DNA of 64,000 nucleotides from Mobula hypostoma. Taxonomy: Eukaryota. Below are positions 1-12,365 of the stretch, one piece after another. Numbering within the stretch: position 1 is the first letter of the stretch; each line of letters opens with the position of its first letter. The notes beneath the pieces are model-generated. The model did no database searches. It was given only the letters and a program-made list of their open reading frames with translations, and was not told the DNA's origin. The position numbers and the translations under genes are program-made. The stretch lies in the NCBI RefSeq assembly GCF_963921235.1, contig NC_086097.1:10850001-10914000 (forward strand). The letters are read 5' to 3'.

Positions 1-394
1 GAATATTCCAAGCTATGTTAGTCTTTTATTAATTTGAATTGAGATTAATCACAAAACACCAAGGAACGTGATTATACATGATTCACATTCAGTCAGTAAA
101 AGCCATTTGCTGAAAATTTTTGATGATTTAAGAAAAAATCTTTAATGTGCGCACTGAGCGATGGACCAACATTCTTTATTTTTAAAGCTGGTTCGTATTC
201 CGTCTTGGAAAGAAGACTGATATGAATTCCAAAATGGAGGGAGAGTTTCTCAGAGATTTTGGGTGCTATAGAATCATGGAGACATCAAACACTGCAGCTC
301 AGATACAGTCCTTTAGGACCATCCAGTCTGTGCTGACTGTTATTCTGCTTAGCTCCATCAACCCACAACCCTGAATTATAAGGTGAATGAGTAG

Positions 395-690
395 GTTTTG
401 GGGTACTGTCTTTATTTAAAGTCTGTGTCTTTATTGATGCTTTGCGGCACACATGAATGCTCGGTGAAGGGTGCTGATGCTTTTTGCTAGGGGGTGGGGT
501 GGTGTTGCCTTGCTGCTCCCTGTGCGTGGGAGGGGGAGTTGGAGGGGGCTTTGGGGTTCTAACGTTTTAACTGTCATTCATTCTTTGGGGCACATCCCTG
601 TTTTCATGAATGTCTACAAAGAAAAAGAATTTCAGGATGTATATTGTGTACATTTCTCTGATCTTAAATGCTCCTATTGACCTATTGAAA
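395..690 (+). mobile_element. Non-autonomous retroposon fragment ending in a Rex1/Babar-type tail variant
   Basis: 3' end 'gaaaaagaatttcaggatgtatattgtgtacatttctctgatcttaaatg' recurs near 2075-2135; no ORF. Confidence 0.5.
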
Positions 691-1400
691 CTCTCTTTAC
701 CTGTGCGATCCATGTACTGATCCAATCTCTTCTTAGATGCTGCAATCATACTTGCATCTACCACTTCTGCTGGTAGCACATTCCATGCTCGCACCACCTT
801 TTGAGTGAAAATGTTCCTCCTCAGTTTCTTCTTAAATATTCCCCACTTCACCCTTAATATATGACCTCTAATTCTAATCTCTCCCAACCTCAGTAGAAAA
901 AGCCTGTTTGCATTTATCTACCCAACCCCTCATAATTTTGGGTACCTCTATCAAATCTCTCCTCATACTCCTATGTTCCAGGGAATAAAGTACTAATCAA
1001 TTCAACCTTTCCCTATAACTCAGGTCCTCAAATCCTGGTAACATCCTTGTAAATTTTCTCTGCATTCTTTCAATCTTATTGAAATCTTTCCCGTAGGCAG
1101 GTGACTAGAACTGCACACAATGCTCCAAATTTGGACTTAACAAAGTTTTATACAACTGCGCCATAACATCCCAACTCCAGCAGTCAGAACTTTGACTTAT
1201 GAAAGCCAATGTGCCAGAAGCTCACTTTATGCCCAAATCTGCCACTTTCAAGGAATTGTGGATTCATATTCCTGATCGCTCTGGTCTATCAGAGTTCCCT
1301 CTCCACCCTGGTTTGTTCTCAAAGTGTAACACCTCACAATTGTCCGTATTAAATTCCATCCGCTATTTTTCAACTGGTCCAGATCCCACTGCAAGCTTTG
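691..1400 (-). mobile_element. CR1 LINE, degraded 3' part of ORF2
   Basis: ORF 567-887 reads RGHILRV...RRNIFTQKVVRAWNVLPAEVVDA, the CR1 ORF2 C-terminal motif. Confidence 0.8.
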
Positions 1401-1844
1401 ATAGTCTTCCTCCCCGCCCACTACTTGTTCAATACAGTTGGCACCAGGTTGGGTGCAGAGATTTTATTGAAATAAACTAAGAGAATCAAGGGAAATGAGG
1501 AAATATCAGGAATGTGAGGTTGATCGAGAAATGCAGCAATGTCCTTCCCAAACAGCAGAGCAAACCTGAGACAGTTTAACTGTGATACAATTTCTTCTCT
1601 TGGCCACTGCACAAACTATCATTTTAAGAAAGATGCTATTCTGTACATCATTAGTTTTTTTTAATTATTGTGCTGCATTTGATCTGGAGTAACAATTATT
1701 TTGTTCTCCTTTACAATTGTTTACTGGAAATGACATTAAATAAACTTGGATCTTGAATTTTTTGGTTTAAATAAATTTTTGGTCTTTGTGCAAAAAGAGA
1801 GTTGCATGTAAAAAGACAGGATAGGATATATTTTGGTTTTCATT

Positions 1845-2140
1845 GGAGGCAGAGCAAAGTGATGATGGCGCTAAACGCCACCTCCTTTGCTTGCATCTTT
1901 GGGAACAGCTCTACTTCCATCTTTAATGTCTCCATTTTCCCCTTTCAGGGTTCTGTTGAAGACCCTGACCTGGAGTTACACGCTGACTACGGTTCTTTGT
2001 GAGAATGAGATCCGCTCTTGGGGTTTCATAACATTTATTATTTAGGGCACTCCTCTGTTTTCGTGGAAGGTTGCAAAGAAAAAGCATTTCAGGATACATT
2101 TCTCTGACATTAAATGTACCATAGAAACCTTTGAAGGTAA
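1845..2140 (+). mobile_element. Short non-autonomous retroposon (GATGGCG-containing 5' end, shared tail)
   Basis: Tail matches 600-690; no coding capacity. Confidence 0.45.
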
Positions 2141-2149
2141 AGCTGAGAA

Positions 2150-2962
2150 TGACTTGAGATTTTTGGCTCTGCTGCTGTTGGAGCTTCTGATTTACATCTT
2201 GGTGGAGTGTTTTTGTCTTCTCTGAGGGTGTTCGGTGAGACATGCGGCCTTGAGACCAAGAAGCCTGGAGACGGCTGCATGATCGTCTCCAGCTGGCGCT
2301 GATCTTGCAGACTAAAGTGTCCAGGAAGACTGAAAACATCGAGGCAAGGGTGGAAGGCGAGTAGGTTTTCAGTGCCACCTACTAGCCTCTTGCTTGCTGC
2401 TGGCAGAGGAAGGTGTCTGCATGTGATTGTCTCTCTCTGTCTCTCACTCGCTGTTCCCAGAGGAAAGTCCCTGCATTTGAATGGTCTCTGTTTCCCTCAA
2501 TGCTACCGAAGGACGGTGCTGGAGTCCTGGGTCTTGGGCAAGGTTTAATTGATGCAGTTTGTGTGTTGCACTCTGTTGTTCACATTACGATGTGTTCCTG
2601 GTTTCTGGTCGCTCCTTTTTTTTGTTGCAATTTTGGGTGATTTTGATCAGAGCAGCCTACAAAAAATCAACAACACAGCACTAGCTTGAACTAGAACTGA
2701 GCTGCACAGGATATGCCTGGACTCTTTTGCTTTTTTGTTTTATATTCTGTGTTTCTCACTTGATTTTTTTCGTGCTTGGGTATAATGGAGGCCTAATTGT
2801 GTTTTGTTTTTTATTGCATGTTGAGGGGGGGAAGGTCTGATGTTTTTCTTCAAACAGGGTTCCATAGTTTTCTTTGTTGCGTGGCTGTCTGTGGGAAGAT
2901 GAATCTCAGGGTTGTACACTACATACATGCTTCGATAATAAATGTACTTTGACTTTGAATCT
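2150..2962 (+). mobile_element. Non-autonomous retroposon with Rex1/Babar-type 3' tail
   Basis: Ends 'gaagatgaatctcagggttgt...gataataaatgtacttttgactttgaa'; related copies at 20105-20460 (+) and 50835-51790 (-). Confidence 0.55.
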
Positions 2963-3484
2963 TTAAATCATTTATACTTTATTATCACTGTAAAGCTCCA
3001 CTAATCCAGCATACTGGATACTTGTGCATTCAAACCCCAACAGAATATAGTCAAACTCCGATAACCCTTAAGACTTGCTTCATGCTGGTTCATGCTAGCG
3101 GTTTCTCCAGACTATTGGATGTTAGGCCTCTAATATACCCAAGCACAATTTTATTTCACTTTTCCTTTACATGTGACACACCTGTATAATAAATTTTCTG
3201 ATGAACTTAAACAGTTTAATGGAAAATATACAAGCACTCCCATCACTACTGACCTACCCATTCCTAACTCTTGATGTCCAGATCCCAGTCCATCTCTGAC
3301 CACACACCCAAACCATAGTGTGTATCCCAGACCTGCCCTGACCAAGTTCTGAGTTCTTTGTTCTGACTGCACACTTGACTAACCTGCTGAAGTCTCGGCT
3401 CACATTCCAGACAAATGAGAAAGCCAGATACTGAACCCTCTAAATTTCTGAACACTTGTACGCTGAATTATTGGAGTGTTAAAG

Positions 3485-4041
3485 TGTAACACTCTGTAAT
3501 GTTTCACTGCTAGTGTAATGCTTTCTCTGTAGCAGCAATGTTTGGGTTATGACTAGAGATAACGGGGCTTTGGAATGTGGGGGCTATCCAATGAGAGAAA
3601 TGTTGTTCTTTCTTGTGAGTCTTGTGAGAGATTTTCACGGACTTTTGTTGGCGAGAAAAGAAGGAAGATGTCTGTAGAGAGAGCTGGTAGGCCATCGGAT
3701 GGAGTGGACTGGGAGCGAGCGTCCGAAGGTCAGCAACGCTTGGAGGAAGTCGATGGTTGATGCATAGCCATATCAATGAGCTCCAACGTGCACTTTTGAC
3801 TTTTTCCTTAAAATGGGCCCTTTTTCTTTTTTATTTTCTTTACTAACCCTATATTCAGATTAAGATTTATACAATTCAATCATTTAATTGCATATGGTGT
3901 ACTGTTGGATATTTTGCGGTGCGGATTTGTAACCGGGCGACACATCACACAGCATCCACACAAACGAGATTTCTCAGTTTGGCGGGGCCAGGAGTTGTTT
4001 TCCCCGAGACGAACACGTGCTGACCGAGTCTGAGGGTTATA
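3485..4041. mobile_element. Solo LTR, family A
   Basis: Termini TGTAAC...GTTATA (decayed GTTACA); 4-bp TSD AAAG at 3481-3484 and 4042-4045; homologous to 23305-23837. Confidence 0.8.
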
Positions 4042-4180
4042 AAAGCAAAACTCTTTAACCTAAGAAGCTAAAGTTAATTAATCAAGTAATTTGAATCAGG
4101 TTTGTACAAAAAAAAACAAACGATCCTTAGATCCTTCATGTTGCTGTGAAGTTAAAGTATGGTTAAGAAGACATGTTAGA

Positions 4181-4578
4181 GTGGCAGGGTGAAGATATCT
4201 TTCTACCAAAGGAAGGGTAAGCTACTCCTTCCCTCTGCTAGTCTGCAGGACCCCACTGGGCAAGGTTTAGCATCTGCTTAGCCCCCCCGCCCCCCGATCA
4301 GGGTTATGTCAAGCCATGGGAGCAGATGGTGGATGCTGGATGCTGGTTGCTGGATGGTATCAATGGCTGCTATATATCTCAAGTCCTGGTTATGCAACCA
4401 CTGACACCAGGCAGACAACCTCTGAAGGGTATTGATATTGGCTGGGGTCACCCAGTAAAGCTACTGCCCAGAAGAAGGCAATGGCAAAGCCACATCTGGA
4501 GAAGAACTTGTTAAGAATAATCATGGTCATGGAAAGATCATGATCACCTTTGTCATATGACAGAACACATAATGAACA
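4181..4578 (+). mobile_element. RTE-related non-autonomous retroposon
   Basis: Contains 'gaagaaggcaatggcaaagccac' (RTE/BovB/Sauria-type tail motif); copies at 8899-9110 and 38250-38595. Confidence 0.65.
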
Positions 4579-4579
4579 G

Positions 4580-5230
4580 CCGAAGAAGGCCTATGGTGTG
4601 TTAGCCTTCATTGGTTGGGCGATTGAGCTCAAGAGCCACAAAGTATGTTATAGCTCTGTAAGTCTCTGGTCAGACCACACTTGGAGTATTATGTTCAATT
4701 CTGGTCACCTCTTTACAGGAAGAATGTGGAAGCTTTCAAGATGGTACAGAGGAGAGTTACTAAGATGCAGTCTGGATTAGAGAGCATGTCGTTTGAAGAA
4801 ACACTGAGTGAAAAAGACCTTTTCTCTTTGCAGCGAAGGGGGATGAGAGGTGATTTGATAGGGGTGCATAAGATTATGAAAGGCAAAGATAGAGTGATCA
4901 GCCAGCAAATTTTTCTACCCAGGGCATCAATGGACAATACCAGAGAACATCTGTTTCAGATAAGTGGAGGAAAGTTTAGGGCAGATGTACAGAGGTAGAT
5001 CCTTACACAGAAAGTGGTGGATGCCTGGAAAGCACTGCCAGGGTAGTGGTAGAGGCTGGGAAAATAGGGACTCTTAGACAGAGACATGGGTGGAGGAAAA
5101 GCGGAGGTTTATGGGCTCTGTAGGAGGGAAGAATTTGATTGATCATGGAGTAGGTTTACATAGGTTACCACAGCATCATGAGCCAAATGCCCCATCCTAT
5201 GCTCTGGGGATCATGTTCTATATTCTCTGT
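4580..5230 (+). mobile_element. CR1 LINE 3' fragment
   Basis: EYYVQFWSPLYRKNVEAFKMVQRRVTKM...RGDLIGVHKIM, followed by a CR1 tail. Confidence 0.85.
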
Positions 5231-5509
5231 GTTTTAATTCACAAATATACTTTGGCGAAAGGATAAAACAAAATCCTATCCATGTGACTGGGTTATTCCA
5301 CAATATTTAGCCAATAAAGAGTGTTTTGTAAAATGGCCAAGGGAAGAAATTCCATTGGAGTTATCTCTTTCAAGCTTGTTCTGTTTTTAAGATAGCTGAC
5401 TTTCTATAACAAATCCGTTAGTCCAAACCCTCCCTCATATTCCTAATTCCCTTGTTGTACAAAAAAACTATTGATCTCTACTTCTATTTTTTGATCTCTA
5501 TTTTTAATG

Positions 5510-7166
5510 TCCAAGGATACACGTTGTATCCAAGGGGCAGGCAGGTAAAATTTGGAGTGGTGTGGCTCTGTTGGTACAAAATGAAATCAAATTATTAGAA
5601 ATAGGTAACATAGGTGTTGAATCATTGTGGGTGATGTTAAGGAACTGCAATGATAACGATATGCTCTACAAATTTCAATGGAGGATAGAAAATGCATGCC
5701 AAAAAGGCAATGTTATAACAGTCATGGGGGACTTGAATATGCAGGTAGATTGGTTGGTGTTGGAGCCCAACAGGGAGAATTTATAAAATGCCTAAGAGAT
5801 TTTTTAGAGCAGCTCATGGTTGAGTCCACGAGAGGATCAGCTGTTCTGGATTGGGTGTTGTGCAATGGACCAAAATTGATTCGAGAGCTTAAGGTAAAAG
5901 AACCCTGAGTGGAGAGTGATTGTAATATGATTGAATTCACCTTGAAATCTGGGAAGGAAAGTGAAAGTCAGATGTATCAGTATTATAGTGGAGTAAAGGG
6001 AATTACAGAGGTGCAAGAGAGGGGTTGGTCAAAATTGATTGGAAAAGAACACTGGCAGGGATGATGGTAGAGAAGCAATAGCTGGAACATAGACCACCAA
6101 TTTGAAGGCACAGAATATATACATCCCAAAGAGGAAGAAGTACTCTAAAGACAAAATGACACAACCATGGCTAAGAACAGAAGTCAAAGCCAACATAAAA
6201 GCCAAAGAGAGGGTATATCATCGACCAAAACTAGTGGGAAGTTAAAGGATTGGGAAGCTTTTAAAAACCAGCAGAGGGTAACCAGAAAAATCAGTAAAAA
6301 AGAAAAGATGGAATACAGAGTAAGCTAGACCATAATATTAAAGAGGATACCAGATCTTCAGATACATAAAGTATAAAAGAGAGGCAAGAGTGGATATTGG
6401 ACTGCTGGAAAATGATGTGGGAGAGATAGTAATGGGGGACAAAAAATGGCAGATGAACTGAAAAATTATTCTGCATTAGTCTTAACGGTGAAATTTCCAG
6501 AGTATGGGGTCAGAAGTGTGTGACATTACCATTACTAGGGAGAATGTTCTCAGAAAACTAAAGGGTCTGAAGATAGATAAGTCACCTTGACCAGATGGTG
6601 TAACCCCTAGGGTACTGTACGAGGTGGCTGAAGAGGTTGTGGAACCATAATTAATGATAAGTCAAGAATCACTAGATTCTGGAATGGGTCTGGAAGACTG
6701 GAAAATTGCAAATGTCACTCCACTCTTCAAGAAGGGAGAGAGACAGAAGAAAGGAAACTATAGATCAATTAGTCTGACCTTAGTTGGGAAGATGTTGGAG
6801 TCAATTATCAAGGATGAGGTCTCAAGGTACTTGGAGGGACATGACAAAATAGGCCATAGTCAGCATGGTTTTCTCAAGGGAAAATCTTGCCTGACAAATG
6901 TGTTGGAGTTCTTTGGAAGCAAAAAAGACAAAGACAAATCAGTTCACATTGTCTACTTGGATTTTCAGAAGGCATTTGACAAGGTGCCACAAATGAGGCT
7001 GCTTAACAAGTTAACAGCCCATAGTATTACAGGAAAGATACTAGCATGGAAAAAGCAGTGACTGATTGGCAGGAGGCAAAGAATGGGAATAAAAGGAGCC
7101 TTTTCTGGTTGACTGCTGGTGACTAGTGGTGTTCCACATGGGTCTTTGTTGGAACCGATCCTTTTT
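5510..7166 (+). mobile_element. CR1 LINE ORF2 remnant (APE endonuclease to RT)
   Basis: WKIANVTPLFKKG, NYRSISLT, QHGFLKGKSCLTN, YLDFQKAFDKVP motifs; many stops and frameshifts. Confidence 0.9.
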
Positions 7167-7575
7167 AAACATAGAAACATAGAAAAACTACAGCACAATA
7201 CAGGCCCTTCAGCCCACAAAGCTGTGCTGAACATGTCCTTACCTGAGAAATTACCTAGGGTTACCCATAGCCCTCTATTTTTCTGAGCTCCGTATACCTG
7301 TCCAGGAGTCTCTTAAAACACCCTATTGTATCTGCCTCCACCACTGTCGCCAGCAGCCCATTCCACACACTCACCACTCTCTGCGTAAAAAACCCTGATA
7401 TCTCCTCTGTACCTACTTCCAAGCACCTTAAAGCTGTGTCTGCTCCTGTTAGCCATTTCAGCCCTGGGAAAAAGCATCTGACTATCCACACAATCAGTGC
7501 CTCTCATCATCTTATACACCTCTATCAGGTCACCTCTCATCCTCCACCGCTCCAAGGAGAAAAGGCCGAGTTGCT
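7167..7575 (-). mobile_element. CR1 LINE 3' fragment
   Basis: LGLFSLERWRMRGDLIEVYKMMRG; tail repeat (aaacatag) at the left end. Confidence 0.85.
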
Positions 7576-7889
7576 GATCAAAGCAATATTTTTCTCTGCA
7601 TCTCAGTACACATGGCAATAAACCAATAGCATGTAATAAACCAATAATTTCACTAACATTTTTCTGTAAATATTTAAGTGTACAAGAATATCTTTTAAGT
7701 GTAATTTGTAAATACTTTTACTTTTAGTCAGTTACAGTAGAATTTTCCAAACTTTCAAGACAAAAATGCCACTATTTTGATATTTTAAAAATTTATTTCA
7801 ACAATTAATCTTTAATCAGCATTTAAATACAAATTCAACATTGAGCTCGGGATTTCAGTTCTGATATTAAACTATATGTATTCAATATT

Positions 7890-8025
7890 ACAAACGAGAA
7901 AATTTGTAGATGGTGGAAATCAAAGTAATAACACACAAAATGTTGGAGGAACTCAGCAGGCCAGGCAGCATCTGTGGAAAAGCATAAACAGTCGACAGTT
8001 CTGGCCAAGACCCTTCATCAGTACT
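7890..8025 (-). mobile_element. Short Penelope-like terminus (pLTR fragment)
   Basis: 'acacacaaaatgttggaggaactcagcaggccaggcagcatc...gacccttcatcag' matches the end of the 12366-13598 element. Confidence 0.75.
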
Positions 8026-8094
8026 CAGGATACCTCATCAGATGCAGAGATACTTGGATAATGAAACGGGGATAACAAACTTGAAAATGGTGCA

Positions 8095-8850
8095 TTCACC
8101 TCAGATGGTTGAAGAAGTTGGTATGGGTCTCCAGATCCTAAGAACTTCCCACTTTTCAGGACATTTACAAAGACGGGTGTGAAAAAAAGGGTCTGAAGGA
8201 TCATTGGGGGCCCAAGTCAGTACAACCACAAACTGTTCCAGCTGCTACCATCCAGGAAACGGTACCGCAGCATAAAAGCCAGGACCAACAGTCTCCGGGA
8301 CAGCTTCTTCCACCAGGCCATCAGACTGACTAATTCATGCTGACACAACTGCATTTCTATGTTATATTGACTGCCCCATTGTACATACTATGTATTATAA
8401 ATTACTATAAATAGCACATTGCACATTTAGACAGAGATGCAATGTAAAGATTTTTACTCCTCATGTATATGAAGGATGTAAGTAATCAAGTGTGAGCACA
8501 TGGCCAAGTGGTTAAGGCATTGGACTAGCTCCCTGAAGGTCGTGAGTTCGAGCCCCAGCCGAGGGAACGTGTTCTATCCTTGAGCAAGGCACTTAACCAC
8601 ACATTGCTCTGCGATGACACTGGTGCCAAGCTGTATGGGTCCTAATGCCCTTCCCTTGGACAACATTGGTGTCGTGGAGAGGGGAGACTTGCAGCACAGG
8701 CAACTGCCGGTCTTCCATACAACCTTGCCCAGGCCTGCGCCCTGGAGAGTGAAGACTTTCCAGGCGCAGATCCATGGTCTCACAAGACTAACGGATGCCT
8801 TTACTTTAAGTAATCAAGTCAATTCAATTCAATTCAATTCAGTTCAAATC
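8095..8850 (+). mobile_element. Rex1/Babar LINE 3' fragment, interrupted by a SINE at 8492-8806
   Basis: Very similar to 29480-30003; (aattc)n tail at 8820-8845. Confidence 0.8.
8492..8806 (+). mobile_element. tRNA-derived CORE-type SINE
   Basis: A box TGGCCAAGTGG, B box GTTCGAGCC, CORE-like 'tccttgagcaaggcacttaacc'; 13-bp TSD TAAGTAATCAAGT at 8479-8491 and 8807-8819. Confidence 0.85.
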
Positions 8851-8898
8851 CAGCAAGACAAAATAGACAAATAAGATTAATAAAAGAAATAATTTGTG

Positions 8899-9110
8899 GC
8901 GAGGTGAAGATATATCTCTTCCAAAGGAGGTGTAAGGTGCTCCTTTCCTCCGTTAGCCTGCAGGTGTCTGGGGTCATCAATCTTGTAAAGACACTGCTAG
9001 AAAAGGCAATGGCAAACCATTTCTGCAGAAAAATTTGCCAAGAGCTATCATGATCTTGGGACCATGATCGCCTACATCATGCAACACGGAATATAATGAT
9101 GATGATGATG
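8899..9110 (+). mobile_element. RTE-related non-autonomous retroposon, internally deleted copy
   Basis: Homologous to 4181-4578; (gat)n tail; TSD AATTTGTG at 8891-8898 and 9111-9118. Confidence 0.75.
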
Positions 9111-9469
9111 AATTTGTGACAAATATTGTTAACACCCAAATCGTTAACTCATAAACAGAAGAGATTCTGCAGATGCTGGAAATCTCAAACAACACGCACA
9201 ACATGCTGGAGTTCAGATTGTTCACTAATTGATTTAAAGGACAGAACATAGCGAACACTCACCCTCAGGTCAGTATCAGCTCTGCTGTTGTTCTGAGTGG
9301 AGTAGCCAGGTGAGATATTTTGAAAGTCGAACAAAAACGCCTGCAGATATTGTACATCTAAAACAAAATATAAAAACCTGCTAGAAACACTCAGCAGGTG
9401 AGACAGTAGCTGGGGAAGAGAAACAAGGTTAGAACTTCAGCTAAAGAGAACAGAAGTAATTTTTCAGCC

Positions 9470-9898
9470 TCAGAATCTGAATCAGATTTATTATGACTGA
9501 CAAATGACATGAAGTTGGTCGTTTTGCAGCAGTGGTACAGTGCAAGACATAAAAATCTACAACTTGCAAAATAAGTCGTGTAAAAATTATTACAGGATAG
9601 TGTTCATGGGATGTGGGCCATTCAGAAACCTGACAGCAGCAGGGAAGTAACTGCTCTTATATTGTTTAAGAGTGGATTTAAAGTGTGGATCTTCAGGCTC
9701 AAATGCCTCCTCCCTGATGATAGTAACAAGAAGGAGGGCATGCCACAGATGGAGAGGATTTTTGCTACCTTTTTAATACACCACCTCTTAAAGATGTTGT
9801 CAGTGGAAGATAGGGTTGTGCCCTGATGGAGCTCGCTGAGTCCATAATCTTGTGCATCAGAGGCTCCATTCCAAGCTGTGAAACAACCAGTCAGAATG
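9470..9898 (-). mobile_element. Rex1/Babar-like 3' fragment with (attctg)n tail
   Basis: Reads ...FKRWCIKKVAKIL...LLSSGRR..SLK; same tail at 14320, 21460, 27250, 60535 and 60880. Confidence 0.65.
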
Positions 9899-10290
9899 TA
9901 CAAGCAACACACATAAAAGTTGCTGGTGAGCGCAGCAGGCCAGGCAGCATCTCTAGGAAGAGGTACAGTCGACGTTTCGGGTCGAGACCCTTCATCAGCA
10001 CTAACTGAAGGAAGAGTGAGTAAGAGATTTGAAAGTGGGAGGGGGAGGGGAGATCCAAAATGATAGGAGAAGACAGGAGGGTGAGGGATGGAGCCAAGAG
10101 CTGGACTGGTAATTGGCAAAAGGAATATGAGAGGATCATGGGACAGGAGGCCCAGGGAGAAGGAAAAGGGGGAGGGGGGAAAACCCAGAGGATGGGCAAG
10201 GGGTATAGTGAGAAGGACAGAGGGAGAAAAAGGAGAGAGAGAAAAAGAATGTGTGTATATAAAAAGTAACGGATGGGGTATGAGGGGAAG
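9899..10290 (-). mobile_element. Penelope-like element 3' terminus
   Basis: Closely matches the reverse complement of 13210-13598. Confidence 0.85.
9967..10002 (-). ncRNA. Minimal type I hammerhead ribozyme motif
   Basis: Minus strand reads AGTG-CTGATGA-A-GGGTC-TC-GACCC-GAAA-C-GTC-GACT. Confidence 0.65.
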
Positions 10291-11990
10291 TCTCTCTGCA
10301 GGCTCTCTGTTTCCTCAACACCACCTGCTCCTCCACCTTTCTTTTGAAATATCGGCAAATTTAGCCACAAATCTATTAATCCCATCTTCCAAATCATTGA
10401 CATACATCATAAAAAATAGCGGTCCAAACTGTCCCCTGTGAAACTCCACTGGTAACCGGCAGCCAGCCAGAATAGGATCCCTTTATTCCCACTCTCTGTT
10501 TTCTGCCAACCAGCCAATGCTCCACCCATGCTCATAACTTCCCTGTAATTCCATGGGCTCTTACCTTGCTAAGCAGCCTCATGTGCGGCACCTTGTCAAA
10601 GGCCTTCTGAAAATCCAAGTACACCACGTCTACTGCATCTCCTTTGTCTACCCTGCTTGTAATTTCCTCAAAGAATTGCAGTAGGTTTGTCAGGCAGTAT
10701 TTTCCTTTCAGGAAACCATGCTGGCTTTGGCCTATGTTGTCATGTGCCTCCAGGTACTCTGTAATCTCATCCCTAACAATCGATTCCAACAACCTCCCAA
10801 CCACTGATGTCAGGCTAACAGGTCTATAGTTTCCTTTCTGCTGCCTCCCACCCTTCTTACATAGCGGAGTAACATTTGCAATTTTTCAGTCATCCAGTAC
10901 AATGCCAGAATCTATATCAATTCTTGAAAGATCATCGTTAATGCCTCCACAATCTCTCCACCTGCTTCCTTCATAACCGGAGGGTGCATTCCATCAGGTC
11001 CAGGAGATTTATTACACCCTCAGACGATTAAGCTTCCTGAGCACCTTCTCAGTCATAATTTTCACTGCACAAATTTCTCTTCCCTGACACTCTTCTATGT
11101 CCGGTATACTGCAGACGTCTTCCACTGTGAAGACTGATGCAGAATACACATTCAGTTCCTTTGCCATCTCTGCATCTCTCATTACAATATCTCCAGCGTC
11201 ATCTTGTATTGAGCCTTGACTCTCTTTTACCCTTTATCCTTTATATACTTAAAAAAGCTTTTGGTATCTTCTTTGATATGAGTCACAAGCTTCCTCTCAT
11301 AGTTCATCTTTTCCTTCTGAATAACCTTCTTAGTTTCCTTCTGTAAGTTTTTAAAAGCTCCCCAATCCTCTATTTTCCTATTAGCTCTGGCTTCCTTGTA
11401 TGCCCTCTCTTTTGCTTTTACTTTGGCTCTGTCAGCCACGGTAATGTCCTTCATCCCTGTGAAAATGTCATTTTATTTGGAATATAACTGTCTTGCACTC
11501 CCTTCATTTTTTGCAGAAACTCCAGCCATTGCTACTCTGCTGTCCTTCCTGTTAGTGTCCCTTTCCAGTCAACTTCAGCTAGTTCTTCTCCCAAGCCATT
11601 GTAATTTCCTTTATTCCACTGAAATACCGACACATTGGATTTTATTTTTTTCTTCTCAAATTTCAGTGTGAACTCAATCATATTGTGATCACTGTTCCCT
11701 TAGGGTTCCTTAACCTTAAGCTCTCTTATCACCTCCGAATCATTGCACAACTCCCAGTCCAGCACAGCTGATCCCCTAGTGGGCTCAACAACAAGCTGTT
11801 CTAAAAAGCCATCCCTTAGACATCCTACAAATTCCCTCTCTTGAGGTTCAGTAATGGCCTGCTTTCCCAGTCCACTTTCATGTTAAAATCCCCAACGATT
11901 ATCATGACATTGCCTTTCTGACTTGCCTTTTCTATCTCCTGCTAATCTCTCTTTGCAACCCACATCCCGGCTGCTGTTTGGAGGCCTGAG
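10291..11990 (-). mobile_element. CR1 LINE ORF2 remnant
   Basis: QHGFLKGKYCLTNLLQFFEEIT...VYLDFQKAFDKVPH. Confidence 0.9.
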
Positions 11991-12365
11991 GTGTAGTCTT
12001 CACACATACAAGATAGTAAGCACATATCAATAAAACACAACAACAGAAGCCATGTCATTGGTGAATATTTCAAGATAATCAAATATAAAATAACTACTAC
12101 CAGGCAAGGAGTACCAGTGCACCATTGGACACCATAAGTTCACATGTCATACCATAAACTTTTCAATCAACTTTAATTCCCCATCCTATCCACAGCAATT
12201 AAACCATGATCCATAGCAAGTTATTAAGTGTCTCCCTTACATTTGCAATTATATTTAGCTGAGTTAGTTCATCATTGTCTTGCCATATGTGAACAAAAGC
12301 AGACATACACATGCAAGCAAAATATAATTCTGCCGCCTCCAAGAGAACCACAACCTTGATGTAGG

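Noticed and set aside
5510..7575. Twin-priming inversion of one CR1
   Set aside because: The geometry is body-to-tail and the tail belongs to a different subfamily; a second insertion plus deletion fits better.
8492..8570. tRNA gene (also 61491-61570)
   Set aside because: A/B boxes are present but there is no complete cloverleaf; each continues into a SINE body flanked by a TSD.
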